Positions 11,518 to 25,359 of a stretch of DNA of 64,000 nucleotides are shown here, one piece after another. The notes under the pieces were generated by a model. It saw only the letters and a list, made by a program, of their open reading frames with translations. It had not been told where the DNA came from and did not search any database. Position 1 is the first letter of the stretch; each line of letters begins with the position of its first letter. This stretch comes from Eledone cirrhosa. Lineage: Eukaryota. The position numbers and the translations under genes were made by a program. The DNA lies in assembly GCA_964016885.1 (NCBI GenBank), contig OZ024750.1:36828001-36892000 (forward strand). Reading direction: 5' to 3'.

Positions 11518-12924
11518 ATCGACCAGGTCATGAAGGTCACGGAAAAAGTAATAGCGCAACTAATCAGAGAGAGAATTGACCTAGATGAAATGCAGTTCGG
11601 GTTTGTGTCAGGCAAAAGTACCACAGACGCTCTTTTCATAGTACGACAACTACAGGAGAAGTACCTAGCTAAAGGTAAACCCCTCTACTTAGCTTTTGTC
11701 GACTTGGAGAAAGCCTTCGACAGAGTCCCCCGCTCCATTATCTGGTGGGCTCTTAGAAAACTAGGCGTTGACGAATGGCTTGTGAGGGCTATACAAGCCA
11801 TGTATAAAGAAACAGTCAGCAAGGTTAGAATTAACAACGAATATAGTGAAGAGTTTAGCGTAAAAGTTGGCGTCCATCAGGGCTCTGTTCTCAGTCCACT
11901 ACTATTTATTATTGCCCTTCAGGCTATAACAGAGGAGTTCAAGACAGGCTGCCCATGGGAACTCCTATACGCAGACGACCTGACACTCATAGCGGAATCA
12001 ATGGCCGAGCTAGAGAAGAAATTCCAAACATGGAAGCACGGCCTAGAGTCAAAAGGACTTAAAATTAACCTGGCTAAGACCAAAGTACTAGTTTGTAGGA
12101 AAGAAAACAAGGCGGCGGTCCCTTCTGGGAAATGGTCGTGCTCGGTGTGTAGGAAAGGCGTAGGTAGAAACTCCATTTTATGTCCTAAATGCAAAGTATG
12201 GGTGCATAAAAGATGTAGTGGGATCACAGGTAAGCTAACTAAGAACATAGATTTTACATGTGGCCGGTGCTCTGGTGCAATAAGTAGCAGCAAGTGCCCA
12301 CAAACTACTAGCTCTTTCAATTGCGCAGAGGGTTCTATAGAAATAGTGGACAGCTTCCGTTACCTGGGCGATAAAATCAGCAGTGGGGGAGGGTGCTCTG
12401 AAAGTACTGTAGCTAGAGTCAGAACTGGTTGGAAAAAGTTCAGAGAGCTTATACCACTATTAGCTGCTAAAGGGTTCTCACTAAAAATGAAAGGCAGGTT
12501 GTACGATGCCTGCATACGAACAGCAATGCTGCATGGCAGTGAGACCTGGGCATTGTGTGCAGAGGATATACGCAGACTAGAGAGAAACGAAGCTTGCATG
12601 CTCCGCTGGATGTGTAACAGTAATATACGTGAACGGCAAAGCATAAACGAACTAAGGAAAAAATTAGAGATAAGAGGGATCAGATGTTGTTTACTCGAGA
12701 GAAGGCTACGTTGGTATGGACACGTGATGCGCATGAAAGTCGATAGCTGTATAACAAAGTGCAGGGCAATAAAGATAGACGGTAGCCACGGAATAGGCAG
12801 ACCTAGAAAAACCTGGGACGAGCTGATAAACTCCGACATCACACACTTACACCTCTCCAAGACAATGTCACTGGACCGAGACCTTTGGCGGTACTCAGTA
12901 ACAGAGAAGACCCGCCTTACCTAA
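11518..12924 (+). CDS. RTE reverse transcriptase C-terminal half (5'-truncated) with PHD-like finger
   Basis: QFGF, AFVDLEKAFDRV, GVHQGSVLSPLLF, LLYADD, FRYLG, RLRWYGHV, GRPRKTW; the N-terminal residues of the track ORF are microsatellite. Confidence 0.9.
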   Translation: MDQVMKVTEKVIAQLIRERIDLDEMQFGFVSGKSTTDALFIVRQLQEKYLAKGKPLYLAFVDLEKAFDRVPRSIIWWALRKLGVDEWLVRAIQAMYKETVSKVRINNEYSEEFSVKVGVHQGSVLSPLLFIIALQAITEEFKTGCPWELLYADDLTLIAESMAELEKKFQTWKHGLESKGLKINLAKTKVLVCRKENKAAVPSGKWSCSVCRKGVGRNSILCPKCKVWVHKRCSGITGKLTKNIDFTCGRCSGAISSSKCPQTTSSFNCAEGSIEIVDSFRYLGDKISSGGGCSESTVARVRTGWKKFRELIPLLAAKGFSLKMKGRLYDACIRTAMLHGSETWALCAEDIRRLERNEACMLRWMCNSNIRERQSINELRKKLEIRGIRCCLLERRLRWYGHVMRMKVDSCITKCRAIKIDGSHGIGRPRKTWDELINSDITHLHLSKTMSLDRDLWRYSVTEKTRLT

Positions 12925-13324
12925 ATATATAGTAAAACCTACTCCAGCCAGTAGGCATCTCTAACAAAATACACCCCGTCCCACCACCACCACCCCCACC
13001 CGATCCACACCACCCCGTTCTATGTAAAGTTATGTTGGTGCCGCGCCATCGAGGCCGAAACAAATGAGATCGTGTAGGTGTCACGACAAAAAAACACACA
13101 GTCCACGCTGTAATGTGGCCGTGTAGGCAACACGGTAAAAACCTCCCAGACCCACACTGTAAATGTGGTTGGTGTTAGGAAGGGCATCCAACTGTAGAAA
13201 ACCTGCCAGACAGTCCTATGCGAGCAAGACAATCACTCTTGCCTCAAGTGGGACTACCCCCTGTCCAAACCCATGCAAGCATGGAACACGGACGTTAAAC
13301 GTTGATGATGATGATGATGATGAT
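11518..13324 (+). mobile_element. 5'-truncated RTE-clade LINE with long 3' UTR and (GAT)n tail
   Basis: Open RT frame, 3' UTR 12925-13300, (GAT)n tail; inserted in a TA-rich microsatellite. Confidence 0.95.
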
Positions 13325-15046
13325 ATATATATACATATATATGCACATATACAAATATACATATATATGCACATATACAGATTTATGCATGCAAATACAT
13401 ATTCATTGAGAACCATACATGTCCACGTATCCATATGTACATATACTTATACATATGATGAAAACAACTCTTTGAAAATTATTTTGCTATCTAAGATTCA
13501 GTTGTTGATTAAAAACATAACTGTATCCACTCTCCTGTGTTTGTAATTTAACTATTTCTAACAGTAAGTGTCAAACCCATTATCCTAAAACGTAAATAAA
13601 AACAACGAATGAATGGACTTATGTAAGTATTAATCATCATTATCATTCGTCGACTACTGTCGAGATGATGGATCTCACTCTCATGCCCCAGAATTCCCTG
13701 TCCCCCATCGCTGCCCCCAGGTCCTGTCTACTGATTCCCCGTATCCCTAGAGATAACGTCAGGGAATGACAGCTTCCTACTCCTAGTCATTACTTAAGTA
13801 TTACTTAATTCCACTCTATGACTTTTCCATGTAAATTCTTTGCTATTGTGACGTCAGAAAAACAAGAGAGTGTCAAGCTTTGCTCCCTTCCGAAATCTCT
13901 TTGGGGTCTTGAGATACACAACCTTTGTGTGTCTAACGCAGGCCCATCACCAGTTTTTTTACTGTATGAAATGGAGACTGAAATGTATTTTTATAACAGG
14001 CTTCTCTACCTAAAACATGAACATGTCCTTTATTAACCCGTGTGAAGGATGATGTGGTATTGTTCTTTTACTTACCTCTCACCATATTGCCGTTTTGCTG
14101 GTCTTATTCATGCCGTTCACCAATTTGGTACTTTCTGTGGATCTACAAATTTAAATATAAACTAAATAATAACTTTTACCCATTTGGTTCACTATTAAAA
14201 GACTCTGAATTTAAAGCTTTCAGTTGACATGTCATTACTCTAAGAGTAATAATGCCCAAAAAGAAATTTAAAAACTATTACAAAACAATCAAAGAAACAA
14301 AGAAAAACATGTATATAAATACATATAAAGATATAGTCAAACGACAACAACTATATTATCAAACTTGAGAAATTTTAATTCAGATGCAAATGGCATTGAT
14401 GTATCAAAGAAAGAATTATTTTTTATGTATGAAAAGATGAGGGAAATGTACTTAATAGAAGACAATAAACGAGAAATATATAGAAACAGAATTGTTAAAC
14501 AGACAATAGTATCTAGCAACAGTAAATTAAAATATTCACATTAACGCTTCTTTTTTTCTGTTGGTTAATTTTATTGTGTTGTTTTTGGTGTCCTATTTCG
14601 TCTTATCTGAAACTTTCAGAAAGGATTATGCACTGAACTTACTATCACTATTTAGACTTAAGAAATAGAAATGTTTTATTTATTAGCGTCCATTAGTCTT
14701 TATTATGTTGCATTCAATGGACTCAAAGAAGATTCTTTTCATTTTCAATTATGGAAATTTATTGACTCAAAATTTTATCAATACATATAGATCAATAGAC
14801 ATGTACATGGATGTGTAGTCAGGGAGGTTGTTTGGAAACCATGGGTTTCTGAGTTCAGTTACACTGTCACTCTTTAGGTTAGTATCTTCTACTATCACTT
14901 TGGGTTGACCAATGTCTTGTGAGCAAAATTTAGTAGATAGTAACTGAAAATCTGGCATGTATATATATATATGCCAGATTATGGTATATATATATATATG
15001 TAATTCGTTTTTCAATTTGTTTTGCAAGATTTCTTATCTGAAAATG

Positions 15047-15091
15047 TGTCACTGAGGAGGTCACAGAATGTGTGACGAAAGAGTTTTGACA
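15047..15091 (+). ncRNA. Type I hammerhead ribozyme, minimal, degenerate cleavage site
   Basis: TGTCA-CTGAGGA-g-GTCACA gaatg TGTGAC-GAAA-gagt-TT-TGACA, within a ~210-bp insert between (TA)n tracts. Confidence 0.7.
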
Positions 15092-16719
15092 ATATATAGA
15101 CAACCTTCCAGTTATCGAACCAACCAACCAATCGGAAATTTATAATAAATTGAAGTAAAAACCAACAGGTGCATGTGTTTTTATTGGTAACATGACCCTC
15201 CCAAAGTATAACAATATATATATTTATTTATATATACCTGATTTTCACACATTTACTGTCTATAAAGCCAATGAAATAAAATATACTATAAACCATGGAA
15301 GGCAAAGTTATCTTTGGCAGAATTTGAAATCAGAAAGTAAAAAGCTAGAAATATACACTGCAATGTCATTCTCTCTATCAATTTCTTTATATTTGTGGCT
15401 GATATTGCAAACAAATTATATCGTTCGTGTGAAGGCTTAGTGGTTAGAGTGGTGGGTTTACAATCATATGATTGTAAGTTAGGTTCCCAGACCACAAACA
15501 ACCTTGCCTGGACTTGTGCCTCAGAAAAGGAACATTCTAGGTGCAAATCCCATTGTCATTTGTGACCAAAGGGGGTTTCCACCTTCACACAAATATAGTT
15601 CATAAACATGCTATAAAAACTACTTCCATTAGCCATTACGTCAGATATTTTAAATGATGTTCCAGGTCAGTAAATTTAGCCTTATTACCTTGGAGAATTA
15701 AAGCTTGCTGATGCCATTTTCGAGGTGATTTCTTCATTATAATGCATGCAGCTTTCCAATTAATAGCAATTACATTTTATAGATTTCCTGGTTGTAGTTG
15801 TCTTTTGAAATGAGATCTTGTGAGAATTGTGACTATTATATTCATGTGAGCAGAAATATCTATGACAATAATATTGAGATTTATAATTAAATATTTCTTC
15901 TTATATTAAACAATATAGATTAATAATACATAGATTTAAACAAAAAGAAAGAAAATATGATTTTGAAAATGTGAATTTCTAAGATTTCTATGGGATCTTT
16001 AGATCAAATTTAAACAGGCTTCAATAAATAGCTTTTCACAGACATGAATGAGAAACAAAACTGAAATTTGTGTTTGACCCAATTTCATTCCTATTGTTAT
16101 TATCCAACTTAGAAAATAAAACAAAAGTGGCAATTATTTAAAGAAATGTAGTTTTATCATTTCTTTTGAATAAGAAATTGAAATTTTGTGTTAACATAAA
16201 AATCTCTACAAAGAAAAAAAAATGAAAAAATATACTCAAAAGATGATGCCTAAAGCTGTCTATCAAAAAAAATATTTGAAAAAAATGCTAATTCTTTTTC
16301 TATCTAATTTTTTCCCATATATTTTATTATTTACCAGAAATACATTGTTAAAATACATTTTATTTATTGGATCTATTGATAAAAGTTTAAATTACAGACA
16401 TTCAAATTTATCATTAGTTAAACATTATAAAATGCACTAATCTGTAGTAAAATTGATAAACTTTTTGTTGAATAATTACATTCTACCAGAACTGGCTGCA
16501 ATTTCCACATTCTAAACAGAACAAATAGTAGTAAAATTATTATTGGCTCTATAATTTAATTGCTATATCATATCAATAGTATTTGATTTTACATTAGGAA
16601 TTTGATTGACTATTTTTAGAACATTGCTTCCTGACTAAAACTAACAAAAACCAACAATGACTACAAAACAAAGCAAAAGATTAAGTAGAACATTTAATAT
16701 TGAGACCCCAGGTGTAATA

Positions 16720-16930
16720 TTGAGACCCCATACTGCCGAGCTCCTCTGCAAGGTAGAGTGGTTGTTGCAATGGGTGTCGCTGGCCATTATCCATGGGAAT
16801 GCTTTTGCGGTCTTGTCTGTGAGGTGCAGCCCTATTGCTGCTGCGCCCTGGGCCCAGAGCCCAGTCAGCCTCCCCCTTCCTCTGTGACACTACAGCCCTT
16901 GCCTTTTCCTTCCTTTTCCATTTTTTTTAA
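16720..16930 (+). mobile_element. CRE-clade LINE 3' fragment
   Basis: ETPGVILRPHTAELLCKVEWLLQWVSLAIIHGNA, similar to the CRE C-terminus; homologous to 28400-28620. Confidence 0.7.
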
Positions 16931-17334
16931 AATATATTTTCTTATTTTTTTAATATATTTTCTTATTTTCTCAAATAAATAAACTCTTGTCAAATAGAAA
17001 AGTTTTAATAGATAAAGAATATTTGCAACAAATGGTTACAGGTGTTGTAGTACAGGTGTTGTACAGATGTTGTTGTACATGTATTGTACAGGTGTTGTTG
17101 TACAGATGTTGTGAACTCTCACATGTCATGGGAGAGAGAGAAGTCTCCTCCAGTGCATTAATGGTACTATATTTATCAACCCTAAAAAGATGAAAGGCAA
17201 AGGTGACCTTGGTAAGATTTGAATTCTCAACAGAAAGAGTGAAGACATATTCCAACATTGCCAATTTGCTACCTTTGGTTATAAATCTATAAATGAAGAA
17301 TATTTACATGCTAAAATATAAATTATCTTTCTAA

Positions 17335-17615
17335 TGTGGTGTGCAGGAGAGAAGGCTGAGATGGTATGGACATGTGATGCGCATGGAGGATGACCGATGG
17401 GTGAAGAAGTGCCAGGAATTCCCAGTGGAGGGAAGACGCAGTAGAGGTAGACCACAAAAAACATGGGAAGAGGTGGGGAGAACAAACCTCAGATTGCTGA
17501 AACTCACGGAGGAGATGACGAAGGACCATGACGGGTGGAGAGATGCTGTGCTGAATAGAACCTGTCCAACCCTTCCAAGCAGGCAAAAGCGGACGTAAAT
17601 TGATGATAATGATGA
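17335..17615 (+). mobile_element. RTE LINE 3' end
   Basis: ERRLRWYGHVMRM...GRPQKTW...; GGACGTAAA-TGAT tail. Confidence 0.85.
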
Positions 17616-18054
17616 CTATAAATCACACACCATTCAAAGATAAATTAAATGTATTCTGTCTGAAGTATTACAGTATCGTCATAATGAATGACCATGGTTT
17701 TACACCTGGAAAGTCTCCCTCTAAGGCACAAGCCTGGTCAAGGTGTGTTTATGGAAGGCCAGTAGTCACCTATACATGCCAGTCTCTACTCTCCATGTTA
17801 CTGATGTTGTCTAAAGGAAAGGCAATGACTGAAACAGCTTGGCACCAATGATATCATAAAATTTATATACTTTGTATATACCATATATACACTATATATA
17901 CTCTATATATGTATATACACTGTTAATACACTATATATACACCGTATATACATTATATATACTAGCAGAAAAGTGGGTTTCTGCTAGCATGTATAGTGTG
18001 CATATTTATATTATATGTAAATAAACATGCATGTAGATATGATATCATTATCAT

Positions 18055-18388
18055 CATCATTTCATTTTACATCCGCTTTTTCCCTGCTTGCAAGAGTGGG
18101 ACGGGAACTGATTTTGGCTTGATTTCTACAGCTAGATGCCCTTCCTAACACCAACCTCATTTACAGTGAGTGCTGGGTGCTTTTTTTCCGTGGTGCCTAC
18201 ATGTCCACTTTACAGTGGAGTGATAGGGACCTCAGTCCTATGACCTCATTTCTACAGCTGAGTAAACTGGAGCAATATGAAATAAAGTGTCTTGCTCAAG
18301 GAAACAACACATCACCTGGTCCGAGAATTGAACTCACAACCTTTCGATTGCAAGCCCAATGCTCTAACCACTAAGCTATGTGCCTCCA
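18055..18388 (-). mobile_element. tRNA SINE with RTE-type tail
   Basis: Reverse-complement copy of 3457-3815. Confidence 0.85.
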
Positions 18389-18748
18389 GATATGTCAAAT
18401 AAAATTGTAATTGACAATATGGACAGAAATTGAATAGAGACTGTGTTACACTCTCTTCTGTAATCAGTAAAGTAATCCATGATACATTTAAAAAAGATGA
18501 TATTATATATAAACTGCATTACCGTGGAATGTTATGAAACTTTATATAACGATGCAAATATATGGATGTTTATATAAGCGATGTAATAAGTGTTGTGATA
18601 TAACGGACGCTAACCGGAAGTGTAGATATTTGAAAATTTGAAAAGAAGTGAATCTTAAAATAAGCAATACTTTATATATAAGAATATTTATGTTTAATCA
18701 ACAGCTACGAAATTTAGTAGATAAATTATGTAATATTCATTCATTATT

Positions 18749-18935
18749 TGGATTGGCAGTATCGGTAGAGGGTCGGATACCATGCTTTGCAGCATAGAGT
18801 TACGACCCTTGCCATTCTGAGTTCAAATGCCGCCGAGGTTAACTTTGCATTTCATCCTTACGGGGTCGATAAAATAAAGTACCAGTAATGCACTGGGTAT
18901 TTGCTGGCCTTGTGTCAAAAGTAGAAACAATTATT
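18749..18935 (+). mobile_element. Meta-domain-like tRNA SINE
   Basis: Same family as 7991-8176. Confidence 0.85.
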
Positions 18936-19863
18936 TATTCAAAGTAATCCAACTTTTTTTACTAACAGGGTAAAAAAATATATTCTGGACGCAGTTCTGC
19001 ACTCCTTTCTTTATTATAGTTAAGGCTAGCAGAATGGCCCGGTGTTGCCCAGGATTTGCTCTAGAGTTTTTATATATTTGATATATATTTATCCTTATCG
19101 AGCCTTGTGAAATAAATACTTTTGTTTATATTTTGTTATTGTGTATGCAAAAATATCTGTACATGAATATATAATTATATATCATCATCATCATCTTCAC
19201 CGTTTTACATCCGTTCTTCCATGCTAGCATGGGTTAGACGGGTTGTCCTGTTGTGGGCAGTGTCTGGTCGGCTCACCATGCCTTGCTCATACAGGAACTG
19301 ATTTTGGCTTGATTTCTACAGCTGGATGCCCTTCCTAACACCAACTTCATTTACAGTGAGTGCTGGATGCTTTTTTTCCGTAGCGTCTACACGTCCACTT
19401 TACAGTGTGGGCTGGGTGCTTTTTTGCCGTGACACCTCCACGACCACTTTGCAGTGGGTGGGTGTGGGGGCATATTGTCTATATGCTTCAGCTTGTACCT
19501 ATGGGAGGTCGGGTACTCTGTATTACTGCGTGGCGCCAGAGGACACGGTCGTGTGTCATCGCCTTTGAGAGGTGTAATTGGGTAATATATATATAACAGT
19601 ACAGAGAAGTATGGAATACCTTGACCTCGGGATGTTGTCTACTACATATAATGTTGTCCAAAGGAAAGGCAATGGCTTACAGCTTAGCATCAGTGACGTC
19701 GCAACTCATTTCTACAGCTGAGTGAACTGGAACAACATGAAATAAAATATTTTGCTCAAGAACACAATGTACCACCCAGTCCGGGATTCAAATTGACAAC
19801 CTCACGATTGTAAGCTCAATGATCTCACTCCTTCATTGCAGAATAGTGACTGTAAAACATAAT

Positions 19864-20051
19864 TGTTTCTACTTTAGGCACAAGGCCAGCAATTACCCAG
19901 TGCATTACTGGTACTTTATTTTATCGACCCCGTAAGGATGAAAAGCAAAGTTAAGCTCGGCGGGATTTGAACTCAGATCATAAAGGGAGATAACTCTATG
20001 CTTCAAAGCTTGGCGTCCAACCCTCTACCAATACTGCCAATCCACCGCCTT
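19864..20051 (-). mobile_element. Meta-domain-like tRNA SINE with 18-bp TSD
   Basis: TSD GTGACTGTA(A/G)AACATAAT at 19846-19863 and 20052-20069. Confidence 0.9.
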
Positions 20052-20724
20052 GTGACTGTAGAACATAATGTTAAATAAATACTAATGTAGCTTACTTTCA
20101 GACATCTGACTTTATAGTATTCACAAAAATAACAGATATGAATGACATTTATCACTAGATTGGTGAAAATGTAACTACTAAATTAAATGTATTTATATTT
20201 CCAAATGTTTCTATTTAAATCAATTACATTAAGACTCATTTAAGTTGAACTAAATGACATCTTACAAAGTACGAAAGTAAATTTTCTAATTGTATGCTAT
20301 CAGACATTTCAATTAGGTGATACAGAATTCAAACAAATGAGATTACTGTTAAAATGATATGTAAGAAAACATGTAATGTACATTTATATCATTATAATCA
20401 TCATCATCATCATAATCATCATTTTACATCTGTTTTTCTATGGCAGATAAGATTTTCTTTGGCGTAAATTTCCTCCAATCATTGCATTCCTTCATCATTT
20501 CATTTGTGAGGCTGAGTGTTTTAAGATCAGCTCTAATCACTTCTGATCAACTAAGTAGCAGAAGCTATCAACTACTTCTATGAAATCTTCTCAGGTTAGG
20601 AAACAATTTGATCCTGTTACTAATTACTCATGTGTATATCCCACATATATAGTTTACCTTTGTTGTTAGTCTGCCTACAATACCACTCCACATTATGGAC
20701 CAGAGTTCTGTTTTCATACTAAAA

Positions 20725-20912
20725 TAATTGTTTCTACTTTTGGCACAAGGCCAGCAATCACCCAGTACATTACTGGTACTTTATTTTATCGACCCCATAA
20801 TTGTGAAAGGCAAAGTTAACCTCGGCGAGATTTGAACTCAGATCGTAAAGGGGCGTAACTCTATGCTTCAAAGCATGGCGTCTGACCCTCTACCGATACT
20901 GCCAATCCACCA
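20725..20912 (-). mobile_element. Meta-domain-like tRNA SINE inserted in a decayed RTE remnant
   Basis: Same family; flanks on minus strand resemble the RTE IEVVDSFCYL region. Confidence 0.8.
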
Positions 20913-21480
20913 TAATGGTCTTTGTTAGATTTACACAATAGGAATTTCTTATTTAGCTCTTCCACAGATTCATTATAGAGCTTTCCTATGTGTGAATGTA
21001 AGCATATATATATTTATATACAGTATTATGTGATATGGTGGGTATAACACACACCCAGACTATATTTTTTATAGATCACTTTTGTTTTTTTATTTTTTAG
21101 TTTAAAGAATGATATATAGATATGTGTATATGTATGTGTTATACATGCATGTGTGTAACTATAGTTTTATATATATAAGATATGTGTGTATATATCTATA
21201 TATTTATATCTATATATATGTATGTATGTATGGTCAGGTCACTCTTGAGTGCTACTGGTAACATGTAACCCAGTACAACCTGTCACATGGTCAGGTCGTC
21301 GTTGACTAAACTGGCAACCTCACCAAGTTTACTTGGTGAGGAAGGTGATTTTGGACACCCTGCAGGACAAAGGACAGAAGAACTCATAAGTCAATGGCCA
21401 TCCAAAAATGTGTAAATATGTATATATATATATATATGTGTGTGTATATATGTTTATACGCGTATACATATGTGTATGTG

Positions 21481-21745
21481 CGGGGACATAGAAATAATCA
21501 GGCTGGATACCCGATCACGCGGTCAAATCACTGGGAGTGAAGGACCCCTAGATCTTGTCAGGGCATTCTTCTAGGAGAAGGCAACTCAGGAGACTGGGAT
21601 AACTCCGACATAAAACCTGCGACTCAGTAGTTACCGATCATATTGATCTTTTCTTCTTTTCGGGTTATAGCTACTGTCGCTCAGAAAGTGAGATTGGCTC
21701 AGTGCACAGTCTTTCCTCACTTTAAAAAAAATCTTCACGCACAGG
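21481..21745 (+). mobile_element. RTE 5' UTR-like fragment
   Basis: CTAGGAGAAGGCAACTC motif; similar to 51376-51560 and, on the minus strand, to 45880-46100. Confidence 0.6.
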
Positions 21746-21811
21746 TATTGCATGATAGCATTAATTGATAATTATTAATAATGTTATATAGTGCAATAGC
21801 CATACTCAATA

Positions 21812-22507
21812 ACGAGGGGCAGCCATCATGTATGCATACTTGGCATGGCAATAAAGTCTTCAGTGTGCCATATATAGCAGTAAATGTAGTTAATATTAGT
21901 TGGAATTTGAACTTTGTTGTACACGTGTGATATTCTGTATGAATGCCGTATTTTGTCACAGGTCCATGCATAAGTATTTTGCTGGATTTAAGTCAAGAAA
22001 ATTTAACCGCATATCTTTACATTGAATGGAAACAAGGCAAATCAGCAACAGATATTATTGCACCATTCAAGGAGAGTGGAATTAACAATGTTCCAGCAAA
22101 TTCAATCATTTATCATTGGGTGAAACAATACAAAGATGGCAGTAGAACATCACTTATTGATACTCCTCGTTCTGGCTGCCTTTGCACAACCACTATTCAT
22201 GCCAACATTCAACTCATTCAAAGTTTCATTGATGCAGAACCAAAACAATCATTGTGTTGCATTGCACATGTTGCTGGAATAAACAAAGAAAATTTGTTCT
22301 CGCTTCATTAGAAGAGGCACTGGATAAAGTGTTGCACTGGATGAATCGTTTGACTGATTTCGACAATTGCCAAAGGAACAGTTCCAGAAAGAGTTAAATG
22401 CTTTCCATAAGCACTGTAAAGATGTTATTGCATTCAGTGGAGATTATGTTTTTCAGAATAAATAAATCATTTAAAGTGTTATTCTAAGGACTTTATTGCC
22501 ACACTAA

Positions 22508-22512
<5 letters not shown>
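21812..22512 (+). mobile_element. Internally deleted mariner (Tc1/mariner) transposon
   Basis: ORF 21943-22311 resembles mariner N-terminal HTH (W..QYKDG.RTSL.D.PRSG...TT...NI); inverted repeats ATACTTGGCATGGCAATAAAGTC (~21835) and GACTTTATTGCCACACTAAGTAT (~22489); left end CGAGGGG. Confidence 0.85.
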
Positions 22513-22573
<61 letters not shown>

Positions 22574-24959
22574 TTTAGATGTGTCTTTGCACATATACAC
22601 TTGCATATGAGATGTTGAAGAAGAGTCGGTCCCATCATTTTCATTGTACTCTGAGCTGATCGATATAGAGACAGTTGAAATATGCTTATAAATAATATAT
22701 AAGGAAAAATATATATATGCATGTGTGTGTGTAGTGTGTGTGCATGTGTATGTGTGTTATTTGAGATAGATTGCTGATAAATCCACCCATATCTAGAATA
22801 ATTCATATTAGTCTGTAGATTTGAAAATAATTTAAAATGATTTACACACCACTTGATAGGTTAAGTATATAATAAATTAAAATATGCTTGGTTTTAAAGT
22901 CCACAAAATAACCAGAGTAAAGTACTTTTGAAATCATCCATATCTTTTATCTAAATATTCATAATATTTTTAATTTAAATTTGAAATCAATCCAAAATAT
23001 GCTTTTGGTAAGTTTTAACACTTCATTTAAATTCATATATAAATTTCTATTTTGAAATCTAAAACTTCATTGAAATTCATATATATCTTTCTATTTTGAG
23101 ATGTAAAACTTCAATTTATATTTTAAAATATAATATTTATCCTTTAATTAAAAATAACAAAGATTTGTTCTCTTTTGACTTTACCAAGTAAATATTATCT
23201 TTGCTGGCAATTTGTCAACATTTTAATGCAATTTGATTTGATTCTATAAGACTAAATATATTGTTTTGTTCTCATCAAACCTATAAGTTTCATTAGAAAA
23301 TGTATACATTTCAATGAATTAGCAAAGCAATTTGAAAAAGATTTGTCTGTAATGAAAAATGAATTGACAAACAATCTCTTTATATTTTTTAATTTCTTTA
23401 TATACTTTTATTTATTTATTTTCCAACATAATGAAGATTGATAGGTTGATCATTTGAAAGGTTTAAATTTAAGAACTAATGTTAGATATAATTTTAATTT
23501 TTACATTTTGTTCTTTGTTTGTCCAAGAGAATGTTGTTTCATAGAGATAATTACAGAACATCTTTAATACAAGAATTAAAATATGTCTGTTTTCTTATTC
23601 TATAGCTAATGTTTCTTTATGAATTTTCTTGTAAATTAAATTGTTACCTGTTGTGTTATATATTTTCATCACGTATATACATCATTAATTCAAATACTAT
23701 TATATTTCTGAAATATTATACAATATTCAAACACAGTCTTTTTCTTAACTAAATGCTTTTTACAAAGAAATTTTTCAATCCTTTGTTTTAAATCTATTTT
23801 AAGATTTTTCTGTATGGAAATCTTTTTTCACTTTCTTGCACATTTATATCTTTATATTTTTAGTGTTGGGGGAGTGGAGGTGTGGCTTAACATATAAAAC
23901 TGAAGAACCAGAAATTATATATTTTATCTATGGAAGGGGTAAGGCAATTATGTAATATCTGAAACTATGAAAGAAGAAAGGTTTTCATCACCAAATTTTC
24001 TTTTAAATCAATGAATAAATGCTTCAGAAAATATAATAAACATTTCCTTTGTCCTTTTCAATCAATAAGTTATGTGGCTTTAGTAGTTTTAAAAGTGATT
24101 GATCGTGCTTTCGATAACAATAACATTTCACTAGCAAATGTATACCCATTAGATAAACGAGCACTCTAAAGTGTTTCTTCCACCTCTTTTAGAACAGATA
24201 AAAGATAGGATTTTTTTTTTTACTATATATAGTTTTAAAATGTATGCCATAGATATTTAATGCTTTTTAATTATTATAAAAAAAAATGAAACATAAGTTT
24301 AGAAAGTTCACCAAAAGCATTCTAAAGATGTTAATCTAAATTCCCAGCCATAGAATGAAAGATCTATTTAATGGAGAATACCAGGAAATTTTCTGAGGTT
24401 CTTTTCTTTTGACACTTGAAAATAAATGTAATTCTTCTCTACAGTAACATAACGGGAAGTTAAAAGGCCATCCAATCATAAAACACTTATTCTAATCAAA
24501 TATAGACAGAATCAATAAACACATACTGTATGTATCTGATTGGCAGGTCAAATTTAACACTGAAATGTGTATGTTGCATACAACCCATCTTACAACATAA
24601 AAGTTAAAATTTATTTGGCAAAGGAAATCATCACCATTTTTCATCATCATTTTACACCTTCTTTCCATGCTGTCATGGTCTGAGACTAGGCTGGTTGAAG
24701 GGACTACATTTTGCTACTATATGTTCCATGTCTATAAATATAAATAAGCAATTAATGTTTTTCTTTCACTCTATATCCATAAACATTTTGAAATAAGTGG
24801 GTCCATACTTTATACAGACAATTGCTTCTCCATCACACTCCAACTCTGTCTTATTAAAAAACATGTACATAAACAACATCTTGTTTATACTTCTATATAA
24901 GCATGCAGTAAATATAATTCTTTTAGATTAATATTTAATGTGGTGTATTGACTTCAAAC

Positions 24960-25275
24960 TTCATCATCATCATACGTCCGCTTTTCCCTGCTTGCAAGGG
25001 TGGGACGGGAACTGATTCTGGCTTGATTTCTACAGCTGGATGCCCTTCCTAACACCAACCTCATTTACAGTGAGTGCTGGGTGTTTTTTTTCCATGGCAC
25101 CTACACGTCCACTTTACAGTGGAATGATAGGGACCCCCAGTCCCTATCATCTCATTTCTACAGCTGAGTAAACTAGAGCAATGTAAAATAAAGTGTCTTG
25201 CTCAAGGAAACAACACATCACCCGGTCCAAGAATTGAACTCACAACCTTTCGATTGCAAGGCCAATGTGCCTCCA
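24960..25275 (-). mobile_element. tRNA SINE with RTE-type tail
   Basis: Homologous to 3457-3815. Confidence 0.85.
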
Positions 25276-25359
25276 AACTTGTAATTAGAAATAATATTTA
25301 GAGATTTAGTAAGTGATAAAGAAAGCCTAATTTTGGGAAGAGAATCTTTGTACTAACCT

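Noticed and set aside
13845-13925. Possible extra HHR (GAAA-TCTC...GAGA-TA-CACAA)
   Set aside because: No CTGANGA next to the matching TTGTG strand; it would need several mutations
14077-14142. Minus-strand exon-like segment with AG|GTAAGT donor
   Set aside because: Stops in all three frames; cannot be supported as coding
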